Source: a virus
Taxonomy: Duplodnaviria > Heunggongvirae > Uroviricota > Caudoviricetes
Direction: 5' to 3' (one strand)
Length of the DNA stretch: 11,078 bases
Virus record (IMG/VR): IMGVR_UViG_641522623_000003
Location: 1 to 11,078 of that record
Shown piece by piece: positions 7,309-11,078 of this stretch. A program made the position numbers and the translations under genes. Positions within the stretch are counted from its first letter, which is position 1. Every line of letters begins with the position of its first letter. The notes under the pieces are model-generated. The model was given only the letters and a program-made list of their open reading frames with translations. It was not told the DNA's origin and did not search any database.

Positions 7309-7428
7309 ATGGCTAAATCATCAGCAGAGCGCAAAGTCGATCAGAGAGCCAAGCAAGCATCATCCGGTATGCGTAAGCTGGAGCTTGTACTTGATGCTCA
7401 GGAAATTGAAATGCTGGATCGTAACTGA
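7309..7428 (+). CDS. Small hypothetical ORF (39 aa) whose frame continues past its TGA stop
   Basis: ATG 7309 with AGGAAA 10 nt upstream. Translation MAKSSAERKVDQRAKQASSGMRKLELVLDAQEIEMLDRN, stop TGA 7426..7428. The same frame continues 72 codons to TAA 7645..7647 (ATRRFRHAPYEFGEYIALLSRQDDARVRWRIKSISRKRCGKCGERVPVNSCPCNGDSQCWVTKGWHETKLMI) with no ATG. Confidence 0.35.
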   Translation: MAKSSAERKVDQRAKQASSGMRKLELVLDAQEIEMLDRN

Positions 7429-7675
7429 GCCACGCGCCGCTTCAGGCATGCGCCTTACGAGTTTGGTGAGTACATCGCGTTACTGAGCCGCCAGGATGAT
7501 GCACGTGTGCGCTGGCGTATAAAATCGATCAGCAGAAAACGTTGCGGTAAGTGCGGCGAGAGAGTTCCTGTTAATTCATGCCCGTGTAATGGTGACTCAC
7601 AATGCTGGGTGACCAAAGGCTGGCACGAAACAAAATTAATGATATAAATCTCTGTGACATGTCACGGAGGCGGCA

Positions 7676-8104
7676 ATGAAATTAGACCAGCAATATCTAA
7701 AAGATCTACTTATCGCATTCGAAAAAACTCATGGCCCTGACACGATGCTTAGTGAACTAGAGGATAATGGCTTTAATAGATATGACCAAAATTTTATTTT
7801 CCATATGCGATTATTATGCGACTACGAATTAATAGTCAGGGTTGATGGAAAACCTGGGTTCGGTCATATAATGTCCAACGAGTTAGGGGAAGGTGTTGGA
7901 TATAGTTGGATCGAAGTACCACTGAGGTTGACAGCAAGAGGGCATGATTTTATTGCTGACTTGCGTCAAAAGGAGGTCTGGCAAACTATAAAAACAAACT
8001 TTAAGGATGAGGGAATTAGTACACTAATAAGTGTTTCAAAATCACTAGCAAAAGGCTTTGCAAGGAAAAAGATAAAAGATATTACAGGAATAGATATTGA
8101 ATAA
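7676..8104 (+). CDS. DUF2513-like hypothetical protein (putative winged-helix), accessory cargo at the lambda ea8.5 position
   Basis: 142-aa ORF with strong RBS GGAGG (7666..7670) 5 nt before the ATG. AT-rich codon usage. The motif …RLTARGHDFIADLRQKEVWQTIK… and a basic C-terminal tail resemble my memory of DUF2513 proteins (…LTWxGHEFLDAIRD…VW…). Confidence 0.65.
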   Translation: MKLDQQYLKDLLIAFEKTHGPDTMLSELEDNGFNRYDQNFIFHMRLLCDYELIVRVDGKPGFGHIMSNELGEGVGYSWIEVPLRLTARGHDFIADLRQKEVWQTIKTNFKDEGISTLISVSKSLAKGFARKKIKDITGIDIE

Positions 8105-8186
8105 TTCTTAGCATCAGCAACTACTGCCTTTGGTGGAAATTATATCTGAACTCGCTACGGCGAGTTTTGTTTTATGGAGATGATAA

Positions 8187-8354
8187 ATGCACTTCCGAGT
8201 CACAGGTGAATGGAATGGAGAACCATTCAACAGAGTTATCGAAGCAGAGAACATCAATGACTGCTATGACCACTGGATGATATGGGCGCAGATAGCACAT
8301 GCAGACATAACCAATATTCGAATTGAAGAACTGAAAGAACACCAAGCCGCCTGA
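8187..8354 (+). CDS. Small lambda-like ORF upstream of xis (orf55-like)
   Basis: 55-aa ORF MHFRVTGEWNGEPFNRVIEAENINDCYDHWMIWAQIAHADITNIRIEELKEHQAA with RBS GGAGA 7 nt upstream. Length and position match the small ORF lambda carries between ea8.5 and xis. Confidence 0.55.
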   Translation: MHFRVTGEWNGEPFNRVIEAENINDCYDHWMIWAQIAHADITNIRIEELKEHQAA

Positions 8355-8366
8355 TGGCGGTTTTTT
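8346..8366 (+). terminator. Short stem-loop plus U-tract between orf55-like and xis
   Basis: CCGCC (8347..8351) / GGCGG (8356..8360) with loop TGAT, followed by TTTTTT (8361..8366). It overlaps the orf55 stop codon. Confidence 0.4.
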
Positions 8367-8393
8367 CTTGCGTGTAATTGCGGAGACTTTGCG

Positions 8394-8612
8394 ATGTACT
8401 TGACACTTCAGGAGTGGAACGCTCGCCAGCGACGCCCAAGAAGCCTTGAAACAGTTCGTCGATGGGTGCGCGAATGCAGGATATTCCCTCCTCCGGTTAA
8501 GGATGGAAGAGAATATCTGTTCCACGAATCAGCGGTAAAGGTTGACTTAAATCGACCAGTAACAGGTAGCCTTTTGAAGAGGATCAGAAATGGGAAGAAG
8601 GCGAAGTCATGA
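8394..8612 (+). CDS. xis: Lambda excisionase Xis
   Basis: 72-aa ORF MYLTLQEWNARQRRPRSLETVRRWVRECRIFPPPVKDGREYLFHESAVKVDLNRPVTGSLLKRIRNGKKAKS. Its 3' end overlaps int by 23 nt as in lambda. Confidence 0.92.
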   Translation: MYLTLQEWNARQRRPRSLETVRRWVRECRIFPPPVKDGREYLFHESAVKVDLNRPVTGSLLKRIRNGKKAKS

Positions 8613-9660
8613 GCGCCGGGATTTACCCCCTAACCTTTATATAAGAAACAATGGATATTACTGCTACAGGGACCCAAGGACGGGTAAAGAGTTTGGATTA
8701 GGCCGAGACAGGCGAATCGCAATCACTGAAGCTATACAGGCCAACATTGAGTTATTTTCAGGACACAAACACAAGCCTCTGACAGCGAGAATCAACAGTG
8801 ATAATTCCGTTACGTTACATTCATGGCTTGATCGCTACGAAAAAATCCTGGCCAGCAGAGGAATCAAGCAGAAGACACTCATAAATTACATGAGCAAAAT
8901 TAAAGCAATAAGGAGGGGTCTGCCTGATGCTCCACTTGAAGACATCACCACAAAAGAAATTGCGGCAATGCTCAATGGATACATAGACGAGGGAAAGGCG
9001 GCATCAGCCAAGTTAATCAGATCAACACTGAGCGATGCATTCCGAGAGGCTATGGCTGAAGGCCATATAACAACAAACCCGGTCGCAGCCACTCGCGCTG
9101 CAAAATCAGAGGTAAGGAGATCAAGACTTACGGCTGACGAATACCTGAAAATTTATCAAGCAGCAGAATCATCACCATGTTGGCTTAGACTTGCAATGGA
9201 ACTGGCTGTTGTTACCGGGCAGCGAGTTGGTGATTTATGCGAAATGAAGTGGTCTGATATCGTAGATGGATATCTTTATGTCGAGCAAAGCAAAACAGGC
9301 GTAAAAATTGCCATCCCAACAACATTGCATGTTGATGCTCTCGGGATATCAATGAAGGAAACACTTGATAAATGCAAAAAGATTCTTGGCGGAGAAACCA
9401 TAATTGCATCTACTCGTCGTGAACCGCTTTCATCCGGCACAGTATCAAGGTATTTTATGCGCGCACGAAAAGCATCAGGTCTCTCCTTCGAAGGGGATCC
9501 GCCAACCTTTCACGAGTTGCGCAGTTTGTCTGCAAGACTCTATGAGAAGCAGATAAGCGATAAATTTGCTCAACATCTTCTCGGGCATAAGTCGGACACC
9601 ATGGCATCACAGTATCGTGATGACAGAGGCAGGGAGTGGGACAAAATTGAAATCAAATAA
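8590..9660 (+). CDS. int: Lambda integrase Int (tyrosine recombinase)
   Basis: 356-aa ORF MGRRRSHERRDLPPNLYIRNNGYYCYRDPRTGKEFGLGRDRR… ending …HLLGHKSDTMASQYRDDRGREWDKIEIK. It carries the tyrosine-recombinase residues (…HELRSLSARLY…, catalytic Tyr in SQY) and is transcribed toward attL/ybhC. Confidence 0.95.
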   Translation: MGRRRSHERRDLPPNLYIRNNGYYCYRDPRTGKEFGLGRDRRIAITEAIQANIELFSGHKHKPLTARINSDNSVTLHSWLDRYEKILASRGIKQKTLINYMSKIKAIRRGLPDAPLEDITTKEIAAMLNGYIDEGKAASAKLIRSTLSDAFREAMAEGHITTNPVAATRAAKSEVRRSRLTADEYLKIYQAAESSPCWLRLAMELAVVTGQRVGDLCEMKWSDIVDGYLYVEQSKTGVKIAIPTTLHVDALGISMKETLDKCKKILGGETIIASTRREPLSSGTVSRYFMRARKASGLSFEGDPPTFHELRSLSARLYEKQISDKFAQHLLGHKSDTMASQYRDDRGREWDKIEIK

Positions 9661-9733
9661 TGATTTTATTTTGACTGATAGTGACCTGTTCGTTGCAACA
9701 AATTGATAAGCAATGCTTTTTTATAATGCCAAC
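9661..9733 (-). promoter_or_regulatory. attL P'-arm (Int arm-type sites P'1-P'3, IHF H' site)
   Basis: Reverse complement reads …TTGCTTATCAATTTGTTGCAACGAACAGGTCACTATCAGTCAAAATAAAATCA…, matching the lambda P' arm as I recall it. Arm-type repeats AGGTCACTATCAGTCAAAAT correspond to ~9670..9689. Confidence 0.8.
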
Positions 9734-9748
9734 TTAGTATAAAAAAGC
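9734..9748 (-). other. attL core (15-bp lambda-type overlap/core sequence)
   Basis: TTAGTATAAAAAAGC, identical to 568..582. Followed by AGGCTTCA, the reverse complement of the attB B arm TGAAGCCT. Confidence 0.9.
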
Positions 9749-9794
9749 AGGCTTCAACGGATTCATTTTTCTATTTCATAGCCCGGAGCAACCT

Positions 9795-11078
9795 GTGAAC
9801 ACATTTTCAGTTTCCCGTCTGGCGCTGGCATTGGCTTTTGGCGTGACGCTGACCGCCTGTAGCTCAACCCCGCCCGATCAACGTCCTTCTGATCAAACCG
9901 CGCCTGGTACCTCTTCTCGCCCGATTCTGTCGGCAAAAGAAGCGCAGAATTTCGATGCTCAACACTATTTTGCATCCCTGACACCAGGTGCTGCAGCGTG
10001 GAATCCTTCCCCGATTACCCTGCCTGCGCAACCTGAATTTGTTGTCGGCCCGGCGGGCACTCAAGGTGTAACGCATACCACGATTCAGGCGGCGGTAGAT
10101 GCGGCAATTATCAAGCGTACCAACAAGCGCCAGTATATTGCCGTGATGCCTGGTGAGTATCAGGGAACGGTATATGTCCCTGCCGCTCCGGGTGGAATTA
10201 CTCTGTACGGTACAGGTGAAAAACCGATTGATGTGAAGATTGGGCTTTCCCTTGATGGTGGCATGAGCCCTGCCGACTGGCGTCACGACGTCAACCCGCG
10301 CGGCAAATATATGCCAGGTAAACCAGCGTGGTATATGTACGATAGCTGCCAGAGCAAACGCAGCGACAGTATCGGTGTTCTCTGCTCTGCGGTCTTCTGG
10401 TCACAAAACAATGGCCTGCAACTGCAAAATCTGACCATCGAAAACACGCTGGGCGATAGCGTAGATGCAGGTAACCATCCGGCGGTGGCACTGCGTACTG
10501 ATGGTGACCAGGTACAGATTAACAACGTTAACATTCTCGGTCGTCAGAACACCTTCTTTGTCACCAACAGCGGTGTGCAGAACCGTCTGGAAACGAATCG
10601 TCAGCCGCGTACGCTGGTGACCAACAGCTACATTGAAGGGGATGTGGATATCGTTTCTGGTCGCGGCGCAGTGGTGTTCGATAACACCGAATTCCGCGTG
10701 GTGAACTCACGTACTCAGCAAGAAGCGTATGTGTTTGCACCGGCTACGCTGTCCAACATTTACTACGGTTTCCTCGCCGTAAACAGCCGTTTCAATGCTT
10801 TCGGTGATGGTGTGGCGCAACTGGGCCGCTCGCTGGATGTTGATGCCAATACCAACGGTCAGGTGGTGATCCGTGATAGCGCCATCAACGAAGGTTTTAA
10901 CACGGCTAAACCGTGGGCCGATGCGGTGATCTCTAATCGTCCGTTTGCGGGTAATACCGGCAGCGTAGATGATAACGACGAAATACAGCGCAATCTGAAT
11001 GACACTAACTACAACCGCATGTGGGAATACAATAACCGCGGCGTGGGTAGTAAAGTGGTTGCAGAGGCGAAGAAGTAA
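9795..11078 (+). CDS. ybhC: Pectinesterase-family (CE8-like) outer-membrane lipoprotein YbhC
   Basis: 427-aa ORF with GTG start 9795 and lipoprotein signal MNTFSVSRLALALAFGVTLTAC (lipobox LTAC). Mature part has the right-handed beta-helix character of pectin methylesterases; recognised as E. coli YbhC. Stop at window end (TAA 11076..11078). Confidence 0.9.
   Translation: MNTFSVSRLALALAFGVTLTACSSTPPDQRPSDQTAPGTSSRPILSAKEAQNFDAQHYFASLTPGAAAWNPSPITLPAQPEFVVGPAGTQGVTHTTIQAAVDAAIIKRTNKRQYIAVMPGEYQGTVYVPAAPGGITLYGTGEKPIDVKIGLSLDGGMSPADWRHDVNPRGKYMPGKPAWYMYDSCQSKRSDSIGVLCSAVFWSQNNGLQLQNLTIENTLGDSVDAGNHPAVALRTDGDQVQINNVNILGRQNTFFVTNSGVQNRLETNRQPRTLVTNSYIEGDVDIVSGRGAVVFDNTEFRVVNSRTQQEAYVFAPATLSNIYYGFLAVNSRFNAFGDGVAQLGRSLDVDANTNGQVVIRDSAINEGFNTAKPWADAVISNRPFAGNTGSVDDNDEIQRNLNDTNYNRMWEYNNRGVGSKVVAEAKK

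Larger units (their letters stand above)
568..9748. mobile_element. Degraded lambda-type prophage integrated at attB (attR at left, attL at right in window orientation)
   Basis: Identical 15-bp sequence TTAGTATAAAAAAGC at 568..582 and 9734..9748, the reverse complement of the lambda att core GCTTTTTTATACTAA. Lambda int and xis abut the right copy, and a lambda-like P arm plus tI hairpin abut the left copy. Interior carries the lambda pL-operon genes cIII-kil-gam-bet-exo. Span is ~9.2 kb versus ~48.5 kb for intact lambda. Confidence 0.9.

Noticed and set aside
8172-8525. Minus-strand ORFs 8172..8525 and 8254..8439 overlapping orf55 and xis
   Set aside because: Antisense to xis and the orf55-like ORF, and likely spurious.
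8886-10534. Minus-strand ORFs within int and ybhC (8886..9092, 9212..9409, 9763..9984, 9864..10286, 10283..10534, 10291..10491)
   Set aside because: Antisense to two confidently identified long CDSs. 9763..9984 would also run across the attL core.
1-11078. CRISPR arrays, tRNA or rRNA genes
   Set aside because: No regularly spaced short direct repeats and no tRNA- or rRNA-like sequence seen. The only long repeats are the two IS1 copies and the two 15-bp att cores.

Overview
This window is the E. coli ybhB-ybhC intergenic locus, the phage lambda attB site, occupied by a ~9.2 kb degraded lambda-type prophage (568..9748) bounded by direct copies of the 15-bp att core. All gene identifications and lambda comparisons are by reading the translations and recalling the lambda sequence; no search was run. 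Host genes ybhB (1..477) and ybhC (9795..11078) flank it. Reading on the + strand, which is the lambda leftward pL-transcript direction: attR with a lambda-like P arm and the tI/sib-type hairpin; an IS1 (1224..1991); cIII, kil, gam, bet, exo, orf60a, orf63, a hypothetical ORF, a TraR/DksA-type zinc-finger ORF and an ea22-like ORF broken by an in-frame TGA; a second, non-identical IS1 in the same orientation (5576..6343); an AT-rich accessory block (6344..8104) with a signal-peptide protein, a small ORF interrupted by an in-frame TGA and a DUF2513-like protein; then orf55-like, xis, int and attL. The whole immunity, replication, lysis and structural region (N, cI, cro, O, P, Q, S, R, A-J) is absent, with an IS1 at the deletion junction 33 bp upstream of cIII. 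The most interesting part is the AT-rich accessory block, whose three candidate genes I cannot assign a function to; no CRISPR array, tRNA or rRNA was seen.
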